Origin: Proteromonas lacertae
Lineage: Eukaryota
Assembly (NCBI GenBank): GCA_002245135.1
Contig: NGBS01001161.1
Span: 434,001 to 498,000 of the forward strand
Length of the DNA: 64,000 nucleotides
Reading direction: 5' to 3'
Shown here: piece by piece, positions 52,475 through 64,000 of the stretch
Layout: every line of letters starts with the position of its first letter
Numbering within the stretch: the stretch's first letter is position 1
Translations under genes and position numbers: made by a program
Notes under the pieces: model-generated
What the model saw: the letters and a program-made list of their open reading frames with translations, nothing else
Databases searched by the model: none
Told to the model about the DNA's origin: nothing

Positions 52475-54615
52475 TTATCTCCTTGGCGGTAATGGAGGAG
52501 GAGTAGGCGGTAGTGGAGGTGTGGGTCTAGCATAAGCTCCATAATTTGGAGTGTTAAATGCAGGTGCTGTGTTTCTGAGTGGTAATTGAGGTATATAAGG
52601 AGCATTTCTCATTGGTTGAGGAGGTGGGGGTGGTACTCGCGGAAGTGGTTGATTATTCACACGATAATTACCTTGTACACTTCCTACTGCAATTGGAGGA
52701 TAAGATGTTTGAGAATGTGGAGATAAAGAAGGTGGAGTAGGAGGTAATGGAGGTGGTGTTGGTGGAAGAGGAGGAGGTATTGAAGCTACAGGATGAAGTG
52801 GAGTAGGAGGTAACTGAACAGAAGAGTCAGGAACAGATTGTGGTTGTTGAGGTGATGGAGGTGGTGGAAATTGCTGTTGTTGTTGTTCATTCACTTCATT
52901 ATTTGGTTGTGTATCATTATTATTAGTAGTAGTAACAATTGCTGGATTTACAGACATTTCTGCTTCTCTATTTGGTGGTGGGGGTAGTGAAACATTCTGT
53001 TGTTGTTGTTGTTGTTGAACAGATTCTACAGGCATTGTTGGAACAGCGATTGGTATTGGATCATTTATAACTTTTGAGGTAATAACAGGAGGAGATGACA
53101 TTATTGGATTTTGATTATTATTCTGATGAGATGTCTGAGTCGGATTATTTGGTTTCAATGAATTAGAAAAATGAATAGTTCCATCAGCATTGATAATTGA
53201 ATTTATGTCTAATAATGGTGCGCATGGAGCTGCTGGTATATTTATCACTTCATCAGGAGCTTTAAATTCATCAGGAGCTTTAAATTCTTCATTCTCTGGT
53301 TGTAATTGACTATTGGTTGTATTAGTTGTTGTTGTTGTTGTTATGTTATTATTATTACCTAATGACAATGTAGCTGCTGGAATAGGTATTGGTTCAATAT
53401 CATCAATAAGAATTCCATTATCTAATAATATATCAAAAGTTGGTCTTGGAGGAACTACTGGTTCAGGACCATTTGAATTACCAGTAGGTTTAGCTGTAGG
53501 TGGTGGAGGTGGTGGTGGTTTATTCAAAGTTTTTTTTGGTTTTGCTGTTGCACTTGGTATTGGCGGAGGTGGTGCTTTCTTTATTTTTGGACCACATGGA
53601 GGAATTGGTACAGGATCTAATGTATCTGATAATGTACCATATGCATCTAAATTCTCTTGTCCTACTGTTATAATACCAATTGGTTCAGGTGTTTCTGATA
53701 ATGGTTCTATTGTTGATATTAATAATGGAATTGGATGTTGTGCGGTTGATACTAATTGATAAGTAGGTAATTGTGTTTTGTTCAGATTTGGCATTGGTTT
53801 CTCTTGTGGTGGTGGTGGCTTATTCTTATTACCATACATACTTGATTGATACATACCTGTATTATTGTTATTCTGCTCATTCTGTTGCACTAACTCTGGG
53901 AAAAATATTTCTTTTGAACAATCTATGAAATAGGCTAAAATTTCACATGATGTTAAACTATCATAACGTTTTCTACATGCATCTGGATTCTCAAATGAAG
54001 TGGGAGGGAATATTAATGGAGTAAATATCTCAGCAAAATGATAAGATGATCCATTCATTAATTGCTTGTTCAAACAAATACTGAAACATTTAAAGAATAT
54101 GTAACTTTCATCAGATAATATTTTACACCAACTTTGAAGGTTTGCTATATACACGTCTTGACCACGACCCTAGATTTTATATTAATTATGATGATTATAT
54201 ACAGTACTTTTTCTATATATTCGTAATAATTCTTGAAATTGCTCGTAATTTAGAAAAGGTGGATTTTGACGAAGATACATCAACAGAAAATTTGCAATCT
54301 ACAATATATGCTATAAATTATACATCATAAACACTAGATCTTAATAAAGGATTCACTAATCTTTCTGGTGGTAAACCCAAACATCCTGATAATGCATTTA
54401 TCACTGGTTCAGGTAAATCGTCAGGATGTCTACATTAAAATCAAAAATATTATTAATAATACTCGAATAAATCAGGATATTTATGTCCTGGGTATTGTAG
54501 AAACTCAAACATTCCAAATATACCCGTATATTGAAGACCTTAATGATATAGAAGTAAATATACTAATTTTTACAGCTTTAGGTTGTCTAATATTTCTCAT
54601 ACCATGATTCATCAT
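52475..54615 (-). CDS. RhoGAP-like N-terminal domain + long proline-rich tail
   Basis: VYDIANFLLMYLRQNPPFL and NKQLMNGSSYHFAEIFTPLIF resemble RhoGAP helices; many PPxP/PPLPP motifs. Confidence 0.6.
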
Positions 54616-54735
54616 AGTTTGTGTTTTCTAACCTTGACAAAAACAAAAACCAAAAATTGTGTCAGTGTTTAGATTTTGACCATTTTACATTACCAACCAT
54701 AAAAAAACATCAAATACAGACATATTATTATTAAA

Positions 54736-56141
54736 TTATTCATTCTCTGTAATGTTGTTGTAGCTAACATTCGATACAAAAGAAGGTAAACACAAACACT
54801 TCAAATCTAACTCTTTTGAAACAATTATTGGTATGCTTGCTAGAATTGGCATTATACCATGTATTCCTACTTGATTTTTCATTTTCAACCATAACGAAGA
54901 TATTTCTTTTTTATTTGGATATCTTATTTCAAAATTAACTAAAGGATGAGGATATACGATGAATCTTTTATCAAATATTTCTTTTTTGTTTTTAACTAGT
55001 AATTTTAATGCATTTGATTTTGATGGTGGTGATTTATAAACCAATATAACATCTTTATAAAAACCAATATTACAGTTTTGACATTGAGAATTCTTCTTCT
55101 TCTTCAATGATGAAATTGACTTATATACATGTTCATCAATTGGAGGAAAATCTGCACAACTGATGTATTGTATTATATCTCTTAAAACTAGTTTCATATT
55201 AATATAATAAAAAAATATACTATATTTTAAAATAACTTCATTTTCATCAATTATTTCTGTTGAAATAGAACAATAGAAAAAAGTGTTATTAAAATTACAA
55301 TACTGTTTTATTTTTTCATTTATGGTTAATTGAAGGATTGATGAATATTTTTTGAAGAGTTTAATTGTTTTATTTAATGTTTCATATTGATTATCATTAA
55401 AGGTAGAAACAACAGTTCTGATTCTATTCCTATCATATTTTACATCATAATTGGATTGATCTATTGCATATGGTATTTGATTTTCCTTACAAATATTCAA
55501 TAAATCATTTTTATTAAATAAATAAAGCAGCGGCCTTAGTAGATAACAATTATCAGTTAATAATCTGCATGAAGGTATTGATGATAAACCATAATTACCA
55601 CTATTTCTGTAAAAACGAAATAAAAAAGTTTCAACATTATCATCCATATGATGTGCAAATAAAAAATGAGTTAAATTATAATTTACTGCAGATGATTTTA
55701 GCAAATTATATCTCATTTCTCTTGCTTCTTCTTCTAATTTTGAATGTTTTGGAATTGACTAATAATTAAATATATTTAATATGTTTAATACACCCCAAGG
55801 CGACTTTAATATTTCATGCTCTATTGATAAAGATTTAAGATACTCATGTACCATTACTGCCTCATTATAACTTTCTATAATACCAATAAAATTAAATAGA
55901 TAAAATACCTTTTCTAATACCATGATCAACAGTGAAGCCTTTAATGAAAACTTGGTCTCCATATATTTTATTAATCATATGACATAATGCCATACTATCT
56001 GGTCCTCCAGATACTGCTATTCCCAATTTCACATCATTCATTTCATATTTCTATTTATCTTATGCTCTAATCTCTATTATATACTGTTGAACTTATCAAT
56101 TTTTCAAATATAGGTTTAAATTGCTTTATTTTCAATTGCAT
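54736..56141 (-). CDS. tilS: tRNA(Ile)-lysidine synthase (organellar)
   Basis: IAVSGGPDSMAL, TVDHGIR, EEAREMRY, AHHMDDNVETFL, LLRPLL, DQSN...RNRIR. Confidence 0.9.
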
Positions 56142-56226
56142 CAAAAAAATAATCACTAAACATGTCTATTATCCTTGATTATTATATATTTTTTATTATT
56201 TTATTTTTTTAATTTTTATTATTATT

Positions 56227-57453
56227 ATGGTTAAATTATATATTGGGAATCTGCCTAATGATGTTCAACGTCGTGAACTGGAAAATGTATTTGGTCATTA
56301 TGGAAAGATATATACTATCGAGGTTATTAGCAAAGACTATAAACCTGCTTTTGCTTTTCTTGTATAAATCAGTTTCTGGATATAACTTAAAAGGATTTTA
56401 TGGATAGAAGAGATGCTATGGATGCAATTGATGGAGAAGATGGGTACAGTTTATTATTGATTATTATAGACGATTATTTGGAGATAGAAAAATGCTTGTA
56501 ACATTCTCAAAGGACCAAAATGCTCGTGGCAGGTCTAGATCTCGATCTAGATCCAGGGAAAGATCAAGATCAAGAGGTAGATATGGAAGAGACAGTCGTG
56601 ATTTTATTAGACACGAGTTTATATTATAAATATTTTATCTACTCTTTTTTATAATTATCCAATTAACGTATTTCTTATTTACTCCTAGGTCATCTATATA
56701 TGTAATAATGGATCAGTTTTGAATATTATTTTATTTCTCTTTTTTATATTAATATATATGTTCACACATAAACAAATTAACAATTATACTACCCATTCTT
56801 CTCTCTTCTATTCTTTATTATTATATTTTATTTATTTATTCTGGTGGTTATTTATAATAGTTATGATAATTCTCATCATCATTATGATTCAAGAGATGAT
56901 AGAGACAGATATTATGATGAAAGGAGAAGAGGAGGAGGAAATAGAGAAAGAAGAAATGAACCATTTGATAGTCATAATTATAAAAACAGATTCTATGATA
57001 ATTTTGATAATAAAAATGGTAAGAAATATGTTATTAAACATACTGGCAATCCACGAAGGAGTTGTTGGCATGTTGTTGTATCTGGATTGCCTCCTAACTA
57101 TAGTTGGCAAGATTTAAAAGATTTAATGAGAAAAGGAGGAAATGTGATTTATACTGAAGTGAATGGTGTTGAAGGGTATTAATTCTATTTTTTCTTCTTC
57201 TTACTATTATTATTATTAAATTTAATTAGTGATGCAGAATATGAAAATGAGGAACAAATGAATAATGCTATTTCTATATTGAATGGATATAATGTGGAGG
57301 GAAAAACTATTACTGTTGTAAAAGATGTATTATATTCTCTTTTTTTATTATTTATGGAAAATATAGGTTCGATTTACTAATGGAAATAATAATAATAATA
57401 ATAATAATATAGATCATATATCTCCTGGTAGATCAAGAAGTGGATCTATGTAG
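56227..57453 (+). CDS. SR splicing factor, SRSF1/ASF-like (RRM, RS tract, pseudo-RRM)
   Basis: KLYIGNLP..., [28 protein letters not shown]; 244-nt intron 56617-56860. Confidence 0.88.
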
Positions 57454-57590
57454 TAGATTTAAATAAATATATGACAATCTATATTTTTTTTCTTTTCTTT
57501 ACACTTTTTATTATTAATATACACTCCAACAAACATTACAATATAGAAGGAATAATAAATAAATGAAAGAGTAATAACAATAGTATATAA

Positions 57591-58964
57591 TTATGGAGAT
57601 TGTGAGAAATCAGGTAGAACTAACGGATTTTCCTTCTTTCTAAGTACCATTGGAGTTGGTGTAGGTGGTAATCGCTGTAAAGTAGCCATAATAGTCCACA
57701 ATTCTTCAATTCTATTAACAGCGTTATATTTACCATCAGGTTCACATTGATCTACTCTCTTCATATAATCTGCTACTACTAAATCAGCAGCATGTATTCC
57801 AATATTGCATTTATTACGGTTTGATAAGGTTTGATCTCCAGCATTCCAAGATAATATTCTTGCTCTATCAAAATTTTCTATTGCTTCTTCCCTTGTTCCT
57901 ACCATACTTGTTAAACCACCCAACTGCATAAATGCTAAACTTATATTTGTTGGATCTCTAGCAACTGGATCATTCAATGCACCATTTGTAGCTAAACTAT
58001 CACTACAGAAGGACATATATTTCTCTATATAATCTCGAGCTTCATTCAAATCTTCTTCATTTGTGCTTTTTGATAGACTATATCCAAGATTACCACTAGC
58101 AAGACTATTTAAACCGGGATTTTCTACTTCTAATGATATGTCATATGCTTTTCGATGATTTTCAATTGCTTTGTCAAATTCACCTAGTATTCGGTAACTT
58201 AGTCCAATATTACATAGTGCTATCACTTTTCCTATTCTATTATCCTCTTTTGTAGTGGTTTTGTGTAATTCTGAATATTTGATACTTTCACGATATTTGC
58301 CCAATAAGAATAAAGCTACACTTATACAGTTATATCCAATCGCTTCACTCTCTGTATCATTAATTTGTTTGGCTATTTTAATTAGTTTTTTATATTCTTT
58401 GATTGAAGAAACAAAATCTCTTTTATTGTCTAATAACAAGGCTATTTTAAATTGAGCTCGAATTACGCTTTGTGCTTTGCCTGCACGTAATGCTGAATCT
58501 GCAACTAATTTGAAATCTTCTTTGTGTGGGTATTTTTCATCATATTCTCGATTTTCTGATTTACACTTTTCAAATAAATCCATCCATTTTTCTTTAGCTG
58601 TTTTAGATGCTTTGCAAATATGTAATACACGAGGTAGTGCATGATAATATTCTGGTGGTGGTTCATACTATAAAAATTGAATAATAAATTTATTAATACT
58701 TGAGGTGTATTAACATTAACATTAAGTCTTAATCCTCCTGATACAGCTACATCATCTTCACCTGGAGCAAGTGTTGCATTTCTATAAAATTAACTAAATA
58801 TAGTATACCTAATTCCAGTTTTCCATTTTGGTATTTGTCCAGACGGTGGTGCAACTATTCTACCAGTTGTCTTAAGATATTGTAAAGTTCCACTATTTAC
58901 GATTCTAAGAAAGATTAAAACAATGATTATACGATCTAGAAAAAACTGAATCGTTAAAAGGCAT
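57591..58964 (-). CDS. TPR-repeat protein (multi-exon)
   Basis: ALCNIGLSYRILGEFDKAIENHRKAY, ASGNLGY, EAIENFDRA. Confidence 0.75.
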
Positions 58965-59131
58965 TATAGATATATTTTTATTTTGTATTTACACTTATAT
59001 CAATCACAATATTAAAAAATTAATAAAACAAGAAACGGAAAGAAGTGGCTTTTATTAGGACTTTGCCACTTTTAAAGACCAAGCTAAACTTGAAAATCAA
59101 CGTATTAACTTTTCCCTTGTTTATGAAGAAA

Positions 59132-62100
59132 ATGAATATATATATAATATATAATATATTGATCTTGCGTATACTATTCAATTTCTATCACTTTTTATAG
59201 TTACATTAATTAAATGTAGCTCAATCAGTCTATTAACTGCTCCAGATGGATGTCGTGCTGGTCTTCCATGTCTACAACAACCAATTGTTAAATGTGATGA
59301 AGTATATTATTATATATCATATAATAGAAATATTCTAAGAAAATCAAAATTGGCTATGATATAAATACAGAATCTTATTCTGCTGCAGTTCCTACTGTTT
59401 ATAATATTACTTTAAGTAGTACATTACACACAGTTAGAAGTGGTTTGTTTTCATTAACATTAACTGTTAATAATACAAAGTTAGGTGGTGAAATTACTAA
59501 AACCACACCTCCACTTATTTACAATATAACAGGATTTGAATTACAAGTAGAATTATTAAAATTAAATATTTCTTCTCCAATCTTTGTAGAAAAAGATGCA
59601 GAAGATCCAAATTATGTAATATGGGCTGTATATTTCCATATCAATGACACAACAGTAGTATCATTAACAGTCAATGTAGAAGAAGAATTTAAACCAAGAG
59701 ATGTGTTTATTAATTCTATTTTGATTCATAAATATGCAAATGATGTGTCAGTAGAGTGTAGTAATGGTATAGCAAAATTTGAAGGTATTTCATTCAGTTA
59801 TTTTGGATATTATATTCTAAAAATATATTCAATTATATCAAATAATACATTCGATTCATCATCTCAACCAAAATTACAAGAAATAGATGAAGATACATCA
59901 GCAACAGCAGATTCCAGTGATAATAATGATAATAATAATGAATATATTAATGATATATATTATAATCGTGTAAATATAGTTCAAAGTCCAGTAGTAACAT
60001 TAGGAGTAATATCACAACCAAAATATGAAAAAGGTGGAATGATATTTAAAAATCAACCACTAGTTAGTTTAATTGATATGGGAAATAATAGAATATATGA
60101 TGGTTTGAATATATATACAGTTACTGCAGAGTATATATTAAATATTATTATTATTATAAAATAGAATTGTAAGTGGACCAGATTCAGAGTTTAAAGATCC
60201 AAGTTGTAAGACGGTAATAATGCTAAATGGAGTTGCTAATTTCACTTGTTTAGCTATCAATAAAGCTGGTAATTATACATTAAGATTCACTACCAATCAT
60301 CCATGGGTTACTCCTTATAATTATGTAGATACATTGCCATTTGAAATAGAAAGAGGAGTTGCAGCTCGAGTTGAGTTTGATAGTGTTTGTCCGTTATGGA
60401 TTGCAGGTAATCCATGTGAGAATATAACCGTATTAATGTATGATGAAGGTGGAAATTTAGCTAATGATTGGAGTCCTGATAGAGTGATATTAGAAATAGA
60501 TATTGATCCGACTTTTGGTAAAGCAACTTTAGGTTCTAATGAAATACAAAGAATGACAATTCCTAAATCATTTAGAGGAGAAATTGCACTTACTATTAAT
60601 GGATATAAAACAGATATTATTGTATTTCAACCTCCTGAAAAGATGAAGAAAAGAAAATTGATTGAAGAAATAGATGAAGAAATAACAACAACAACAACAA
60701 CAACTCATCAACAATTTTCGAATAATAATAAAAATGATAATTCAATAATAATAAAAGATCAATTTAAAGAGGATTTACAGAATGAAATAGAAGCATTACC
60801 GACTATAACATATATAAAAATATCTGATATGTATGAAGATGCTTATTATTATAATTATAATATTGAGTTTATAACTGAAAGATTTGATTTTCCTGATACA
60901 ATAGTTGAAATTATTAGCGTTTATACAGAGGTAGATACAACTGATGAAGATGATAATAAACAAACAGATGAAGATGATAATAAGTCAACAGATGATGAAA
61001 AAGATAATACAAATGAAGATAATAATAAATCCACAGATGAAGATAATAATTATACTGGAACTGATAGTGATGATGATAATATAAAGAAAAATAGAAAATT
61101 ATATATAGATGAAGATGAAGACTATGATATTACAGTTACAAAGATAAGAAGAGGATGTAAAAGTGCTTCTGAATGCTATTATATACATCCAACAGGATGG
61201 AAATATCCATTAAATATCAGTTTCTTAGTAAATGGAAGTGTTGGTTTTGTTAATAACATAAATATCGATAAAGAAGGTATTAATTATAGACTAAAAGCCT
61301 ATTTAAGATCACATCCTCAGAATATTGGATATTCTGGTTTCTTTAATGTAATTCAAGGTGATCCAGTTGGTATAGAAGTATATAGAGAAGCAGGTGGAGC
61401 TTGGGGACTTCATAATTCATATACAACTCAACCAGTGATTAGATTATATGATGCTGGAGGTAATACAGTAACAAGAGATGTAGATAATGTCACTGTTAAT
61501 TGTAGTGATTTAAATGGCAATAGTGAAGAATTATATGGTGATTTATCAGCTATGTTTGTTGATGGATTTGCTGAATTTACTAATTTATATATCTTCAAAT
61601 TAGGAGATTTTATATTACACTTCACAGCCGTGTTAAATCCAAAATATCCACATAATATCAATATATATGCTAGTCAATCAATTCATGTAGGTGAAACTAT
61701 TGAATATGAGTATTTACCATCAGATGGTGAAGAAGGAGATGACTATGGAAGGTCAATATCAATAACAAATGATACTTTGGTAGTTGGAGCTCCAAATAAA
61801 GATATACAGATTAAAGAAGTACAAATAGTTGAAACACATTGCCATACTGAACATTTATCAGGTGAAATCGTTTATATTAGAGGTTATACTGAACCAAAAC
61901 ATGCTGAAGATCAATTAGATTTTGAATTGAATGATAATAATGAAGATATATCCTATTTAACAGGTGGTTATTATATGAAATTAGTATTAAAGAGTAACAC
62001 TTATTATACGAGTTGTATTCCTGTTGATTTTAGAGCTGATCAATTGTATGTTGAAATGTATAAAGCATTTTGTAAATATGATTCTGCTTATTGTGATTTT

Positions 62101-64000
62101 GAAGTAGTTTCACATCATTCTTCCAATACTATAATCAATAAATATAGTTATAATATAACCTATTATTCATTAATTGATTCAATATCAAAATTACAAGTTT
62201 ATACAAATGATAGTTGTAATGTAACAGAAGCAACTCCATTATTTTCAAATAGAATAAGTGGAGAAGAATTTGGAGGTAAATTCAAATTAATATTAGAAGG
62301 AAATGAAACTCCATTAATAGATGTAAATGATAATGAAGAAATGACAAAACAAATAATGAATTTAAATTGGAATTATACTGTTTTAAATGTTGAAAAACAT
62401 GATATAGGAATAAGAAAAGAGAGATTATGGATGATCACATTTGATGCTGAATATTCTCATTATGATGTTCCTACAATAACATATGAATCAATTAGTTTAA
62501 AAGGAAAGTATCCATTCTTAGATATAACAACAGTAAAAGAAGGTGAAGCACCAATTCATGGAACTTTCAAATTGAAATTTAGAGGTGAAACAACAAAAGG
62601 AATTCAATTTAATGCTAAAGAATCTGAAGTTAAACAGAAGTTACAAGATTTACATGTATTTGACACAGTTACAGTAGAGAGATTAGGTCCATATAACAAA
62701 GACAATTATCGATGGGTAATTACATTTGATAAAGTTGCTGATTGGAATATATTTGACAATGTTCATCCAATAAAACAAGAGAATTTTGAACCGTTAGAAG
62801 TGATCGATGATGGTATACAAGGTACAAATGCTGAAGTTAAAGTGATTGCTGCATATCAACAACCATCTAGAGCTCCATGGTTGACAGAAGTAATGGGTTC
62901 TCCAGGTAATGATTCTGGTGTAGTTTATATATATCATAAATATGGAATTGAATGGATAGAAACTCAGATTATTTCTGGACATGATACAACTGCTGAAGAT
63001 CATTTCGGATATAGTGTAAGTAGTGAGAATGATATTATATTAGTTGGTGCTCCTGGTGCTGAAACGATTGGACAAATACGAATAGATGAAATAACCTGTA
63101 GAATGGAAGAAGAAGATATTTCTGATGAAACTTATTTTGTATTTAATAAAGATGGCATTGTAACGAATGAATTATCACCAAATACTACAATTGATGAATT
63201 AGAAATAGAATTGAAAAGAATATTTGAAAAGATAGAAATATCACCATTTAGAGGTTCAATGTGTTCCGAAAGTGGAAATACTTTTTATATTACTTTCTTA
63301 TGGGATAGAGATCCACATAGAATGGATTATAATATAGAAATGCATAATTTAGAAGAAGAAAATGGTTATATTAATAAAACAACAATAAGTAAAAGAATCA
63401 GTCAAGCAACAGGTAATAATTCAACATATCATCAAACAGGTAAAGCGTATATATTCCAAAAGATAAATGATACTAATAATTGGATTGAAAAGTATGTTAT
63501 TTATCCACCCAATGTCGTAGAAGGATCTGAGTTTGGCCATCAAGTTCAGCTTGACTTAGAACATAATACATTATACATCAGTGCACCAGCTGCAAATAAT
63601 CACAAAGGATATATTTATATATATAAATATGATGATTTTATTAGTGATAATAATGATAGTAATGAAGATGATATGTATAACGAAGATGGAAGTTTAAAGA
63701 GTGTATTTAATTATCCACCAAAACTAATACAAACATTATCCTATGAAAGTGCTGATCCAAAAGATTTATATACACATTCATTTGAGATAGGATATTCATT
63801 TGAAAATGAAGTACAATTTCTATTTGTTGGTGCTATGAAACAAGGAAGTGTTTATATATATACAAGAAAAAATGATAATGATATATTTAGATTTAATCAA
63901 GTGTTATATTCACCAATAAAAGATACTGAATTTGGCAGTAGTATAAAGTTTTATAATGATACTTTATTGATTTCAGCTCCACATTATAATAATCGAAGAG
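59132..64000 (+). CDS. Giant secreted/surface protein with signal peptide, Ig-like QP repeats, FG-GAP repeats and interspersed beta-rich repeats (runs off window)
   Basis: MNIYIIYNILILLTLIKCSS after intron; QPIVK/QPLVSLIDMGNN/QPVIRLYDAGGN; FG-GAP: DDYGRSISI..DTLVVGAP, DHFGYSVS..ILVGAP, EFGHQV..LYISAP, EFGSSI..LLISAP; apparently uninterrupted frame from about 60165 to the end. Confidence 0.78.
60937..61050 (+). repeat. Imperfect 21-24 bp coding tandem repeat (TDEDDNK-like)
   Basis: acagatgaagatgataataa-type units seen about 5 times. Confidence 0.7.

Noticed and set aside
552..63003. Many short antisense/alternative-frame ORFs in the track (e.g. 552-752, 6720-6935, 10714-11238, 34927-35325, 53313-53759, 61428-61661)
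   Set aside because: They are shadows of real genes or of microsatellites, with no motifs
1..64000. Non-standard genetic code, tRNA or rRNA genes
   Set aside because: In-frame stops are explained by short introns or indels; TAA and TAG terminate conserved genes normally; no structural RNA recognised

Overview
AT-rich, gene-dense eukaryotic (protist) nuclear DNA with about 29 protein-coding genes on both strands. Most introns are very short GT-AG introns (mostly 25-35 nt), and TGTTTGTT-like motifs follow some 3' ends. This architecture resembles Blastocystis/Opalinata stramenopiles (inference), yet the window carries axonemal genes (DRC1, CFAP57, a dynein LC4-like EF-hand protein). Housekeeping genes include UTP12/WDR3, a TLDc protein, a rhomboid protease, TPR-DNAJC8, ZNHIT1, a TRIP12-like HECT ligase, RPL38, RPS15, RNase Z, a PDH E2-like subunit, MetAP, TilS and an SRSF1-like factor. 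The standout is an accessory block at about 12-18.5 kb. It holds a Crinkler/RHS-type P-loop NTPase + PD-(D/E)xK-like nuclease gene apparently fused to a C-terminal OTU deubiquitinase, lying head-to-head with a NEK-like pseudokinase-LRR gene. A paralog of the pseudokinase-LRR gene sits at 22.7-26 kb. Other observations are a candidate promoter motif TGAAACGA, a Cys-rich insertion in a HECT domain, a probable poison splice site in the SR gene and a giant FG-GAP surface protein. Recurrent single-base homopolymer indels are most likely assembly errors. Exon boundaries were deduced by eye and no database searches were run.
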